A stretch of 64,000 nt of DNA from Flavobacteriaceae bacterium (GTDB taxonomy: Bacteria; Bacteroidota; Bacteroidia; Flavobacteriales; Flavobacteriaceae), in the NCBI GenBank assembly GCA_049889395.1, contig JBMHDM010000015.1, forward strand, positions 111,103 to 175,102. The letters are read 5' to 3'. The translations under genes and the position numbers were made by a program. The first letter of the stretch is position 1, and each line of letters begins with the position of its first letter. The notes under the pieces are model-generated. The model was not told where the DNA came from, did not search any database, and saw only the letters and a list, made by a program, of their open reading frames with translations. This document shows, one piece after another, positions 28,801-37,888 of the stretch.

Positions 28801-29241
28801 CTAAAGGGGCCTTAAGGGCTGATTTGAAACTACATCTGATAAAATAATTTGAGTTTTGGTTTCTCCATAGGAGATCAATTCATCTATAAAATTCTCCAAA
28901 TGCTTTTGGTCTTTGATGACAACTTCCATCACAATATTTTCGTTTCCTGTGATTCGATAACAATTTACAACCTCCTTATAAGTTTTAATCTTGTGCAAAA
29001 AGGGTTTTAAACGTCCCATAAAAGCCCGAACTGTTATTAGTGCTCTAATACCGTGACCGATTGTGTCATAGTTCACTTTGGCATGATAGCCTGAGATGAC
29101 GCCAGAGTCCTCCATTTTTTTTATGCGTTCTGCTACCGCGGGAGACGATATCCCTACATGCTGTGCAATGAAAGTGTTAGAAACGCGGGCATTACTTTGT
29201 AATTTATCAAGAATTTTGGAATGAATGGCGTCTAGTTTCAT
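28801..29241 (-). CDS. Lrp/AsnC family transcriptional regulator
   Basis: 146 aa with an N-terminal HTH (LD..  ILD.LQ.NARVSNT.IAQHVGISSPAV.ERIKKME..GVI.GY) and a C-terminal RAM/ACT-like domain. Confidence 0.9.
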   Translation of the reverse strand: MKLDAIHSKILDKLQSNARVSNTFIAQHVGISSPAVAERIKKMEDSGVISGYHAKVNYDTIGHGIRALITVRAFMGRLKPFLHKIKTYKEVVNCYRITGNENIVMEVVIKDQKHLENFIDELISYGETKTQIILSDVVSNQPLRPL

Positions 29242-29331
29242 TTTAAAATATTTTTATCAAAAATACTAAAATATTAAAGTTATAATTAATTTTCAATTTA
29301 AAAAATAAATACAATACAGTCCAAACCCACC

Positions 29332-29339
29332 TAATTTTG
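29332..29339 (+). promoter_or_regulatory. candidate Bacteroidota -7 promoter box (TAnnTTTG)
   Basis: TAATTTTG lies 21 nt upstream of the ATG at 29361. Confidence 0.4.
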
Positions 29340-29360
29340 TATTAAATAATTTCGCCTAAG

Positions 29361-29756
29361 ATGTATATACCTTCTTGTCATTCCGACTTCTACAACGCTT
29401 TTTATGACAAAGCCCAGGAAATCCGTGTATTATCGAAGGCCATTTCAGATTATCTCTCAAAAGATCTCTCACCGCTTACCACAGCTAGGCAGGAAAATCC
29501 CTATATTTATTTTTCTGGCGATATCGTACAACAATCTGCATCTCTTTCTGAGCAAATTGCCAAAGCAGAACAATCGACGCAAACTGACAGAAGACAACAC
29601 CATGTGTTGACCCTTAATTGGCTGACATATCGATTGATTGAAAACTGTAAGCGTTTGGAACATTGCAACAGCAATGGTAAAGATTTTTTATTGCCCTTAA
29701 AAATAGAGCTAAAAAAATTTAAATCATTACAGAAACATTGGGGTTTACTGATGTAA
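29361..29756 (+). CDS. hypothetical protein (predicted all-helical, no recognised motif)
   Basis: A 131-aa ORF preceded by a good -7 box and divergent from the Lrp/AsnC gene. I recognise no family signature. Confidence 0.45.
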   Translation: MYIPSCHSDFYNAFYDKAQEIRVLSKAISDYLSKDLSPLTTARQENPYIYFSGDIVQQSASLSEQIAKAEQSTQTDRRQHHVLTLNWLTYRLIENCKRLEHCNSNGKDFLLPLKIELKKFKSLQKHWGLLM

Positions 29757-29894
29757 TGATTTTGATATACTTTCCATAAATATCTGTTTTTCTCAAAAAT
29801 TGTGACTTATTAAATTAAGCTGTGTCCAAAGTCTTGAAGGGAGTAGATAGCTTCCAATTAAATTTAAATATTAATACCCATAATTTCCATCAAG

Positions 29895-30995
29895 ATGAAA
29901 AAACTACTTATAGGTGCCATGGTGTTTCCTTTTGTATTAGCCAATGTATCTGCGCAAAACTTACCAACGAACCCCAACCCTGGGAAATGCTACGTCAAAT
30001 GTATTACTAAAGATGTATTTGAGGATATCACAGAAACTGTTGAAATATATCCATCCTATAATACCATAGAGGTAGTTCCAGCCACGTACAAAACAATTGA
30101 AGAACGTGTTCTAGTAAAAGAAGCCTCCAAACGATATACTTATGTCCCAGCAGTTTATGAAACTGTTACAGTTGACTACTCTAGCGGCGGTAATGCAAAA
30201 AAAATTACAGTAACACCTGCCACATTTGGATCAAAAATTCAATCCTTCATAGCATATCCTAAAACTTCTGGGTGGGAATACAAACAGCTCGAAGATTGTG
30301 AGTCCTTAAATAAAGAAGATTGTGTCGTGGCATGTTATGTAGAACGACCTGCTCAGGTTCAGGAATATTCAGTCACTACGTTAGCTATAGATGCATCAAC
30401 GACAAGTGTAGATATTCCAACACAAAATAGAACATACAAAAAACAAGTTTTGAAAACGCCAGCCAAAACAATAGAGGAGGTTATTCCAGCAGAATACGGC
30501 ACCATAAAACGTCAAGTTGTAGATCAACCAGCAAGAACAATAACTAAAACGGTTCCAGCCAAAACACAAACAATTTCAAGAACCATTCTAAAAACTAAAG
30601 GAGGAATTACAACCTGGGAAGAAGTTGATTGTAAGTTACTGGACCCAAATATATTGCCTGTCTTTTATGAATTAGCAAGTGCACGCCTAACAGCTGAATC
30701 AAAACGAACCATAGACGATACGCTGTTACCAATTTTGCAATCAAAAAATGTAAACATAGAAATCATGTCTCATACCGACTCTAGAGGTAACGATACGTAT
30801 AATATGGCTTTATCACAACAACGAGCTAATTCGGTTGTCAACTACTTGGTCTCAAAAGGAATTTCAAGAAGTCGATTGACGGCCAAAGGCTATGGCGAAA
30901 CAAGACTTGTAAATCGCTGCTCAAATGGTGTAAAATGCTCTGAAATAGAGCACAAACGCAACAGACGAACAGAGTTTAGGGTTTTAAATAATTAA
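29895..30995 (+). CDS. OmpA-family peptidoglycan-binding outer membrane protein with repetitive N-terminal region
   Basis: A signal peptide (..FVLANVSAQ) is present. The C-terminal OmpA_C domain reads IMSHTDSRGNDTYNMALSQQRANSVVNYL...GYGE...RRTEFRV. The N-terminal 240 aa carry about 8 degenerate (V/T)PA.Y.T(V/I) repeats. Confidence 0.85.
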   Translation: MKKLLIGAMVFPFVLANVSAQNLPTNPNPGKCYVKCITKDVFEDITETVEIYPSYNTIEVVPATYKTIEERVLVKEASKRYTYVPAVYETVTVDYSSGGNAKKITVTPATFGSKIQSFIAYPKTSGWEYKQLEDCESLNKEDCVVACYVERPAQVQEYSVTTLAIDASTTSVDIPTQNRTYKKQVLKTPAKTIEEVIPAEYGTIKRQVVDQPARTITKTVPAKTQTISRTILKTKGGITTWEEVDCKLLDPNILPVFYELASARLTAESKRTIDDTLLPILQSKNVNIEIMSHTDSRGNDTYNMALSQQRANSVVNYLVSKGISRSRLTAKGYGETRLVNRCSNGVKCSEIEHKRNRRTEFRVLNN

Positions 30996-31043
30996 TAACT
31001 AAAATTATTTGATTCCAAAGCATTAGAAACTCGCTATTTATCC

Positions 31044-32219
31044 CTAATGTTCCAAAATAGAGGTACCTAAAGTGCCTCTTTTTTTATATTTTTCCACATA
31101 AAATACAGGACTTTCCTTAGTGATTTTTTTTACCTGTATCCCAAAATTATGTTTCAAATCGTCAGACATTAAATCAAAAAACTTATAATGTAATTGCCAG
31201 TCAAATTTGGTAAAGTTGGTGTTGAGTGGTTCTAGTAAATCTTGTCCATAATAAATAGAAGTATCGAGTAATTCAGAAAGTTTAAACATAAAATCTGCAA
31301 TTGTACTGTTATCAGCAGAAAGCTGAAAATCGTCAACCAAATATTGTGGGCTATCTGTGCCCCAGTCAAATTGTGATGCGTTCCAGAATTTACTTTCGTC
31401 ATCAAAGTTCATCATTAAAACGTCTATTTTTTTGCTTGAAGTTTGTATTCTTAAATCCAATTTTGATAAAATATCCTCGGCAATAGAAAACATATCCTGA
31501 GTGTGTTTTACTTTAAGATCGTATGATTTATTAAGTGACTCTGGAATATGAATTTGAACGGGACTAACTTGCATCAGATAACCCAAAATCTGTTGCAAGC
31601 TTCCATAAATTTGATTGAAATTTTGACCCCGAAAGACGGCAAGTCCAGAAGGTAAATTTGATTCAGAAAGTGATAGTTCAAAAGGTTCATCCAGATTAGT
31701 TTTAACCGCTTCCATAACATAGGGATTAACATTTATAAATTCCTTAGGATTAAACTTTTTTTGATTTTGACTAATCAAATATTTAAGATTCTCCGAATTT
31801 AAATTTGCAGGATTACCACTCCAAATTAACTCTGCTTGGGCATTTAACAAGACGGCATAGGGCAAATACCTAACATTGTAGCGTTCAAAAGTTTGTCCGT
31901 CATAATCAATGACAGATGCAAATTTACTAGGGTGTTTTTTTAGAAATTTTTGTACACGACCTTCTGTTTCCTCAGAAATGGAAACGACATACAGCTCGGA
32001 CATAAATTGATCTTGTAGAACCTCCAAATAGTTTGAAACTGCAATACAAGGACCGCACCATGTCGCCCAAAATTCAATCATGAATAATTTAGTGTTTGGC
32101 GAATCAGGATGAAAAGCTGAATCTTGTAAAAATGAAGATACTTCCACTTGAGATGTACTGAATTTGGGCCAAAAGAAAATGGTCAGCACAAAGTAGGTTA
32201 TAACATGATTAATGCGCAT
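31044..32219 (-). CDS. secreted thioredoxin-fold (TlpA-like) protein fused to a ~240-aa C-terminal domain of unknown function
   Basis: A signal peptide is present. The thioredoxin fold has WATWCGPC, and YLPYAVLLN contains the cis-Pro. The C-terminal half (..LQQILGYLMQVSPVQIHIP..YDLKVKH..) is reminiscent of DUF3738-type domains, a low-certainty call. Confidence 0.7.
   Translation of the reverse strand: MRINHVITYFVLTIFFWPKFSTSQVEVSSFLQDSAFHPDSPNTKLFMIEFWATWCGPCIAVSNYLEVLQDQFMSELYVVSISEETEGRVQKFLKKHPSKFASVIDYDGQTFERYNVRYLPYAVLLNAQAELIWSGNPANLNSENLKYLISQNQKKFNPKEFINVNPYVMEAVKTNLDEPFELSLSESNLPSGLAVFRGQNFNQIYGSLQQILGYLMQVSPVQIHIPESLNKSYDLKVKHTQDMFSIAEDILSKLDLRIQTSSKKIDVLMMNFDDESKFWNASQFDWGTDSPQYLVDDFQLSADNSTIADFMFKLSELLDTSIYYGQDLLEPLNTNFTKFDWQLHYKFFDLMSDDLKHNFGIQVKKITKESPVFYVEKYKKRGTLGTSILEH
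31059..31085 (+). terminator. intrinsic terminator candidate for the OmpA-family gene
   Basis: AGAGGTAC-CTAAA-GTGCCTCT forms an 8-bp stem with one G-U pair and a 5-nt loop, followed by TTTTTT. It lies 64 nt past the ompA-family stop and inside the 3' end of the convergent gene. Confidence 0.5.
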
Positions 32220-32276
32220 CGATATGGAATTTGTTGAATTACAACAAATATCATGCTATTCTTATTTGAGCCGTTA

Positions 32277-33089
32277 TTAAATTAAAAATGTTTTCATTTC
32301 TTGTTGCAACTCTTGAGCTCTTTGAGCTGCTGCAGCTGCAAAATCCATTCCTTTGGAAGCATATATAATTCCTCTGGAGGAGTTGATAAGTATACCAACA
32401 TTTGAGTTTAAACCATATTGACAAACTTCACTCAACTGTCCGCCTTGTGCACCAATACCAGGGACTAGAAGGAAACTGTTGGGAACAATTTGTCTAATTC
32501 GTTTGAAGTATTCAGCTTTAGTGGCACCAACAACATACATCAAACGGTCGGCATTTTTCCAAGTTTTAGAAATTTCAAATACGGACTTATATAATGGAGT
32601 ATCGTTGTTCTCTAGGGTTTGAAAATCAAAAGCGCCAGAGTTTGAAGTCAAACCTAACAAAATGGTAAATTTGTCTTCAAATTCTAAAAACGGTTCAATG
32701 GAGTCTTGCCCCATGTAAGGTGCGACGGTCAAACTATCAAATCTTAAATCTTGAAAAAAAGCTTGAGCATACCTTTTACTAGTATTACCAATATCGCCTC
32801 GTTTGGCATCGGCTATAGTAAATATTTCGGGATAGTTCTTATTCAAATAATCGATGGTTTGCTTAAGGGCCGTCCAACCTTTGAGACCATAGGCCTCATA
32901 AAATGCAATATTGGGTTTATAAGCAACACATAGATGATGTGTGGCATCAATGATAGCCTTATTAAATTCAAAAATTGGAGATTCAGTTTTCAATAAATGA
33001 TCTGGAATTTTATCCAAATCAACATCCAAACCGATACAAAGAAAAGATTTCTTCGCTCTAATTTCCGATACCAATTTTGAAATTTCCAT
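32277..33089 (-). CDS. pyrF: orotidine 5'-phosphate decarboxylase (type 2)
   Basis: 270 aa. The motifs [27 protein letters not shown] and PGIGAQGG are present. Confidence 0.9.
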   Translation of the reverse strand: MEISKLVSEIRAKKSFLCIGLDVDLDKIPDHLLKTESPIFEFNKAIIDATHHLCVAYKPNIAFYEAYGLKGWTALKQTIDYLNKNYPEIFTIADAKRGDIGNTSKRYAQAFFQDLRFDSLTVAPYMGQDSIEPFLEFEDKFTILLGLTSNSGAFDFQTLENNDTPLYKSVFEISKTWKNADRLMYVVGATKAEYFKRIRQIVPNSFLLVPGIGAQGGQLSEVCQYGLNSNVGILINSSRGIIYASKGMDFAAAAAQRAQELQQEMKTFLI

Positions 33090-33093
33090 ACTG

Positions 33094-34170
33094 TTATATT
33101 ACGTCTGTATCTGCCTTAAGTTTTTCTGTATTCTCTGCTAACATTAGCTCATCAATGATTTTTTGAATATCACCATTTATAATATTAGACAAATCGTAAA
33201 GTGTCAATCCAATTCGATGATCTGTGACTCGCCCTTGAGGGTAGTTATAGGTTCTGATTTTGGCACTACGATCTCCAGAAGAAACCATGCTTTTTCGTTT
33301 TTCAGAATCGGCAGCTTGTTTTTTAGCCAGTTCCATTTCATAGAGTCTAGAGCGCAATACTTTTAAGGCTTTTTCTAAGTTTTTATGAGACGATTTTTGA
33401 TCCTGACAACTGACGATCATTCCTGTTGGTTCGTGATGAAGTTTAATAGCAGAATAAGTCGTATTAACTGATTGACCCCCTGGCCCTGTTGAAGTCGTTC
33501 TTTCAATCCTAACTTCAGACATATCTAATTCAACATCAAATTCTTCAGCCTCTGGCAGTACTATAACAGAGGCGGCACTTGTATGTACACGACCTTGTGT
33601 TTCGGTCTGTGGAACGCGCTGAACACGATGGACGCCTGCCTCGAATTTTAAAGTCCCATAAACATCCGCACCAGAAACTTCAAAGATTATTTCTTTAAAT
33701 CCCCCTGAAGTGCCTTCGTTAAAGTCTACAACATCAACTTTCCATCCTTTGGACTCGCAATATTTGGTGTACATTCGATGAAGATCACCTGCAAAGATGC
33801 TGGCCTCGTCGCCTCCTGTTCCAGCTCGAACTTCAACAACAACATTTTTGGCATCTTCTGGATCTTTGGGGATGAGTAAAAACTTGATTTCATCCTCCAA
33901 TTTGGGGAGTTTCGATTTGGCTTCTTCAAGTTGCATTTTGGCCATTTCTACCATTTCAGCATCAGTGCTCTCGCTGATTATCTCTTGGGCTTCTTCGAGA
34001 TTAGATAATAACAGCTCATAAACTTGGCCACGATCTAATATTTTTTTTAAATCCTTATATTCTTTGTTAATCTGAATGTATCGCTTTTGATCTGAAATGA
34101 TATCGGGTTGAATAATCAGATCGTTGATTTCATCAAATCGTTGTTTTATTATTTGGATTTTTTCTAACAT
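33094..34170 (-). CDS. prfA: peptide chain release factor 1
   Basis: The GGQ motif (GPGGQSVNT) and an RF1-type PxT anticodon motif ([14 protein letters not shown]) are present in 358 aa. Confidence 0.95.
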   Translation of the reverse strand: MLEKIQIIKQRFDEINDLIIQPDIISDQKRYIQINKEYKDLKKILDRGQVYELLLSNLEEAQEIISESTDAEMVEMAKMQLEEAKSKLPKLEDEIKFLLIPKDPEDAKNVVVEVRAGTGGDEASIFAGDLHRMYTKYCESKGWKVDVVDFNEGTSGGFKEIIFEVSGADVYGTLKFEAGVHRVQRVPQTETQGRVHTSAASVIVLPEAEEFDVELDMSEVRIERTTSTGPGGQSVNTTYSAIKLHHEPTGMIVSCQDQKSSHKNLEKALKVLRSRLYEMELAKKQAADSEKRKSMVSSGDRSAKIRTYNYPQGRVTDHRIGLTLYDLSNIINGDIQKIIDELMLAENTEKLKADTDVI

Positions 34171-34226
34171 GGGTGGCTGCTAATGTGGGCAAAAATACAA
34201 TTTTAAGACTAATTTTTAACAAAAAG

Positions 34227-35405
34227 CTAATATTCAAAAATGCCGTATTCGCTTTTGATAGTCAATTGCTTTGACGTTGAAGATTCTACTCGTCCAATAA
34301 TTTTGGCATCTATTCCAAAAGAATTTGAAATGTCAATAATGTCTTTAGCTATTTCAGATGGGACGTACACCTCCAATCGATGTCCGCAGTTAAAGACTTG
34401 ATACATCTCTCTCCAATCTGTTTTAGATTGTTCTTGTATTAGTTTAAATAGGGGCGGCACCTCAAACATATTGTCTTTTACAATGTGTAATTGATCTATA
34501 AAATGAAGAATTTTAGTTTGTGCTCCTCCGCTACAATGAACCATTCCGTGGATGGATTCAGAGGTATATTTTTTCAGGATAGCTTTCACCACAGGGGCAT
34601 ATGTTCTGGTGGGAGATAATACGAGTTTTCCAGCATCTAACGGGGTACCTTTAACAGGATCTGTAAGTTGAATTTGACCAGAATAGACCAAATGGTCAGG
34701 TACTTGTGGGTCAAAAGTCTCAGGGAATTTATCTGCTATTGATTTGTGAAAAACATCATGTCTTGCTGATGTCAATCCATTACTGCCCATACCGCCATTG
34801 TAAGACGTTTCGTAAGAGGCTTTTCCAAAAGAGGCTAACCCCACTATGACATCTTCAGCTTGTATGTTGGCATTATCAATGACATCGCTTCGTTTTAGTC
34901 GAGCTGTAACTGTAGAATCTACTATGATAGTGCGAACCAAATCGCCTACATCAGCGGTCTCTCCACCAGTAGAATGAATATTAATCCCATAGGATTTTAA
35001 TTCTTCAATAAGCTCTTCTGTACCGTTAATTATGGCTGAAATAACCTCACCGGGAATGAGGTTCTTATTTCTACCAATGGTGGATGATAAGATGATTTGA
35101 TCTGTTGCTCCTACACAAATTAAGTCATCAACATTCATGATTAATGCATCTTGAGCTATCCCTTTCCAAACCGACAAATCGCCAGTCTCTTTCCAGTAAG
35201 CATAGGCTAATGCGCTTTTAGTTCCAGCGCCGTCGGCATGCATCACCAAACAATAATTGGGATCTTGAGTCAAATGATCAGGGACAATTTTGCAAAATGC
35301 TTTAGGGTATAGTCCTTTGTCAACGTTTTTGATGGCATTATGGACATCAGCTTTAGAGGCTGAGACCCCTCTTTGGGCGTAGCGTTGGTTTGTTTCTTGA
35401 CTCAT
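34227..35405 (-). CDS. purM: phosphoribosylformylglycinamidine cyclo-ligase (AIR synthase, long Bacteroidota form)
   Basis: 392 aa with the PurM-fold N and C domains (HADGAGTK, DDLICVGA, SGGETAD, HCSGGAQTK). Confidence 0.8.
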   Translation of the reverse strand: MSQETNQRYAQRGVSASKADVHNAIKNVDKGLYPKAFCKIVPDHLTQDPNYCLVMHADGAGTKSALAYAYWKETGDLSVWKGIAQDALIMNVDDLICVGATDQIILSSTIGRNKNLIPGEVISAIINGTEELIEELKSYGINIHSTGGETADVGDLVRTIIVDSTVTARLKRSDVIDNANIQAEDVIVGLASFGKASYETSYNGGMGSNGLTSARHDVFHKSIADKFPETFDPQVPDHLVYSGQIQLTDPVKGTPLDAGKLVLSPTRTYAPVVKAILKKYTSESIHGMVHCSGGAQTKILHFIDQLHIVKDNMFEVPPLFKLIQEQSKTDWREMYQVFNCGHRLEVYVPSEIAKDIIDISNSFGIDAKIIGRVESSTSKQLTIKSEYGIFEY

Positions 35406-35444
35406 TTTGGTATGATGAATGACAAATATAGCAAAGAAAATATT

Positions 35445-37631
35445 TTATCTAGTAAACAATAATTCTCGATATTTGACAAGGGGCCAAATTTCATCATCAA
35501 TTAATAATTCTAATTTATCACAGCTATATCTAATATCGTCAAATAGCGGCTTAACTTTGTTGCAATATGCCTGTGCTTTTTTGATAGATTCTGAAATACC
35601 ATTGGCCTTTTTACGTTCATTAATCATAGCTGTAACTCCCGAGTTAATTTTCTCTATGTGTTTAGAAATGTCTGCAATGAGCAACAACTGTTCACTGGCG
35701 TAGGTCTTAAAATCCTTGCCATAAATGTCCTTTAATCCTCTAACATTGTGGATGAGTATGTTCTGATATTTAACAGCAGTCGGAATGACATGATTTCGAG
35801 CAATATCGCCTAGAACTCGACCTTCAATTTGAATGCGATGGATGTAGTCCTCAACCTCAATTTCATAACGGGCTTGAATTTCTACCTTATTCATAACCCC
35901 TAACTGCTCATATAACGAGATGGTTTTGGGGGAAATCTTAACCTTTAGAGCCTCTGGCGTATTTTTGTTGTTACTCAATCCGCGTTTTTTAGCCTCTTTT
36001 TGCCAGTCTTCTCCATAGCCATTTCCTTCAAATAAAATATTTCGAGATTGTTTGATGTACTCTCTTAAAACATTAAATATAGCTTCATCTTTTTTGAGAC
36101 CTTTTTTGTCAATCAATTTATCCGCTTCCTTTTTGAATTCTTGGAGTTGTTGGGCAACAATGGAATTTAAAACAGTCATAGGATTGGCACAATTGGCCGT
36201 AGAGCCAACTGCTCTAAACTCAAACTTATTTCCTGTAAAGGCAAAAGGTGAAGTTCGATTCCGATCTGTATTATCTAATAAAATTTCGGGTATTTTACCA
36301 ACGACATTCAACTTTAAATCTGTTTTCTCTTGTGGGGATAGCTTGCCTTTGGTAACGCCTTCCAATTCACTCAAAACTTTTGTCAATTGCGCACCAATAA
36401 ACACAGACATTATGGCTGGCGGTGCCTCATTGGCACCCAAACGATGGTCATTACTTGCAGATGTAATAGAGGCTCTTAACAATTCCTCATTATCATGAAC
36501 GGCCTTGATAGTGTTAACAAAAAAGGTTAAGAATTGCAGGTTACTCATTGGAGTTTTTCCTGGAGACAATAGATTGACTCCAGTATCTGTGCTTAAACTC
36601 CAATTGTTATGCTTGCCCGATCCATTGACACCAGCAAATGGTTTTTCATGAAATAAAACTTTGAAATGATGACGATCGGCTACTTTTTTCATCAAATCCA
36701 TGAGGAGTGAATTGTGGTCTACTGCCAAATTGGCTTCTTCAAAAATTGGGGCCAATTCAAATTGATTTGGAGCTACTTCATTATGACGGGTTTTTACTGG
36801 AATACCAAGAACAATTGACTCTGTTTCCAAATCGCGCATGAAATTTAATGCTCTGCTGGGTATGGTTCCAAAATAATGGTCATCTAATTGTTGGCCTTTT
36901 GCGGAAGAATGCCCCAAAAGGGTTCTACCAGTCAGTTCTAAATCTGGCCTAGCAACTGCTAGGGATTTATCAATTAAAAAATATTCCTGTTCCCATCCCA
37001 GAGAGGCCGTTACTTTTTTTACATTTTTATCAAAATAACGGGCTACAGCTGTTGCTGCATTATCAACAGCGGTGAGGGCTCTGAGTAGGGGTGTTTTATA
37101 ATCTAGAGCTTCGCCCGTGTAAGCCACAAAAACGGTCGGGATACAAAGTGTTGTGCCAAAAATAAAGGCCGGAGATGTGGGGTCCCATGCTGTGTAACCT
37201 CTGGCCTCAAAGGTATTTCTAATCCCTCCGTTAGGAAAAGATGAAGCGTCTGGTTCTTGCTGAACCAATTGATTGCCTTCAAAGCGTTCCAGAGATTGAC
37301 CAGAACCAACGGTCTCAAAAAAGGCATCATGCTTTTCAGCTGTTGATCCAGTTAGAGGTTGAAACCAATGTGTGTAATGCGTGGCCCCTTTTGATAATGC
37401 CCATTCTTTCATTGCATTAGCAATTTGATCGGCAATAGCCCTATCGATAGTTTGGTTTTTATCAATGGCCGTAAGCAGGTTTTTGTAAGTGGCCTTTGGT
37501 AATGAATTTTGCATGGCCGAAAACCCAAATACATGAGAACCATATATTTCTGAGCGTTTCGGATTTTCATTAATAGCTAAAGGAATTCTATTCATAGATG
37601 CTTTTAGAGCATCGAATCTTAGTGTAGACAT
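35445..37631 (-). CDS. glutamine synthetase type III (GlnN-type)
   Basis: 728 aa. The N-terminal FG..VF...M and central GS catalytic motifs (NEVAPNQFE, NGSGKHNNWS, NRTSPFAFTGNKFEFR) are specific to GSIII. Confidence 0.95.
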   Translation of the reverse strand: MSTLRFDALKASMNRIPLAINENPKRSEIYGSHVFGFSAMQNSLPKATYKNLLTAIDKNQTIDRAIADQIANAMKEWALSKGATHYTHWFQPLTGSTAEKHDAFFETVGSGQSLERFEGNQLVQQEPDASSFPNGGIRNTFEARGYTAWDPTSPAFIFGTTLCIPTVFVAYTGEALDYKTPLLRALTAVDNAATAVARYFDKNVKKVTASLGWEQEYFLIDKSLAVARPDLELTGRTLLGHSSAKGQQLDDHYFGTIPSRALNFMRDLETESIVLGIPVKTRHNEVAPNQFELAPIFEEANLAVDHNSLLMDLMKKVADRHHFKVLFHEKPFAGVNGSGKHNNWSLSTDTGVNLLSPGKTPMSNLQFLTFFVNTIKAVHDNEELLRASITSASNDHRLGANEAPPAIMSVFIGAQLTKVLSELEGVTKGKLSPQEKTDLKLNVVGKIPEILLDNTDRNRTSPFAFTGNKFEFRAVGSTANCANPMTVLNSIVAQQLQEFKKEADKLIDKKGLKKDEAIFNVLREYIKQSRNILFEGNGYGEDWQKEAKKRGLSNNKNTPEALKVKISPKTISLYEQLGVMNKVEIQARYEIEVEDYIHRIQIEGRVLGDIARNHVIPTAVKYQNILIHNVRGLKDIYGKDFKTYASEQLLLIADISKHIEKINSGVTAMINERKKANGISESIKKAQAYCNKVKPLFDDIRYSCDKLELLIDDEIWPLVKYRELLFTR

Positions 37632-37656
37632 GGAAATATTTTATTGTTTGTACTTA

Positions 37657-37664
37657 CAAAAATA
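37657..37664 (-). promoter_or_regulatory. candidate Bacteroidota -7 promoter box (TAnnTTTG)
   Basis: The minus strand reads TATTTTTG, 25 nt upstream of the GSIII ATG at 37631. Confidence 0.4.
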
Positions 37665-37842
37665 AGCTTATAGGAGTCTTCAACGATACTAACTGCTTTT
37701 TTTTATTAACAATTTTTGTAAAAATTTAATCTTAAATTATAGATAATTAGTTATAACCCCTCAAAAATTAGGGGATACGTAAAAAAAATAGTCATGTTGA
37801 TAAAAATAACCCTAAAAAATTTAGTGTATTGTTTACAGTACA

Positions 37843-37850
37843 TATATTTG
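37843..37850 (+). promoter_or_regulatory. candidate Bacteroidota -7 promoter box (TAnnTTTG)
   Basis: TATATTTG lies 38 nt upstream of the GSII ATG at 37889. Confidence 0.45.
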
Positions 37851-37888
37851 TGTCCAACATTCATTAAAACTTTCTAAACAACAAAATT

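Noticed and set aside
32229-32249. A perfect 8-bp hairpin, ATTTGTTG-AATTA-CAACAAAT, between pyrF and the thioredoxin-fusion gene as a terminator.
   Set aside because: The stem is A/T-rich and no U-tract follows on the transcribed (minus) strand. It cannot be distinguished from a chance palindrome or a weak attenuator.
36052-36498. A 148-aa plus-strand ORF inside the GSIII gene. Similar shadow ORFs occur at 45753-46106, 20813-21208, 18287-18607, 21359-21821, 4805-5029 and 40096-40383.
   Set aside because: All are antisense to genes with unambiguous homology-type motifs. They have no motifs of their own and are S/L/P-rich, as expected for reverse-frame translation.
37711-37726. An inverted repeat, AATTTTT-GT-AAAAATT, in the GSIII/GSII spacer as an operator.
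   Set aside because: It is made only of A/T in an A/T-saturated spacer, so its information content is very low. I kept the C/G-containing direct repeat as the candidate instead.
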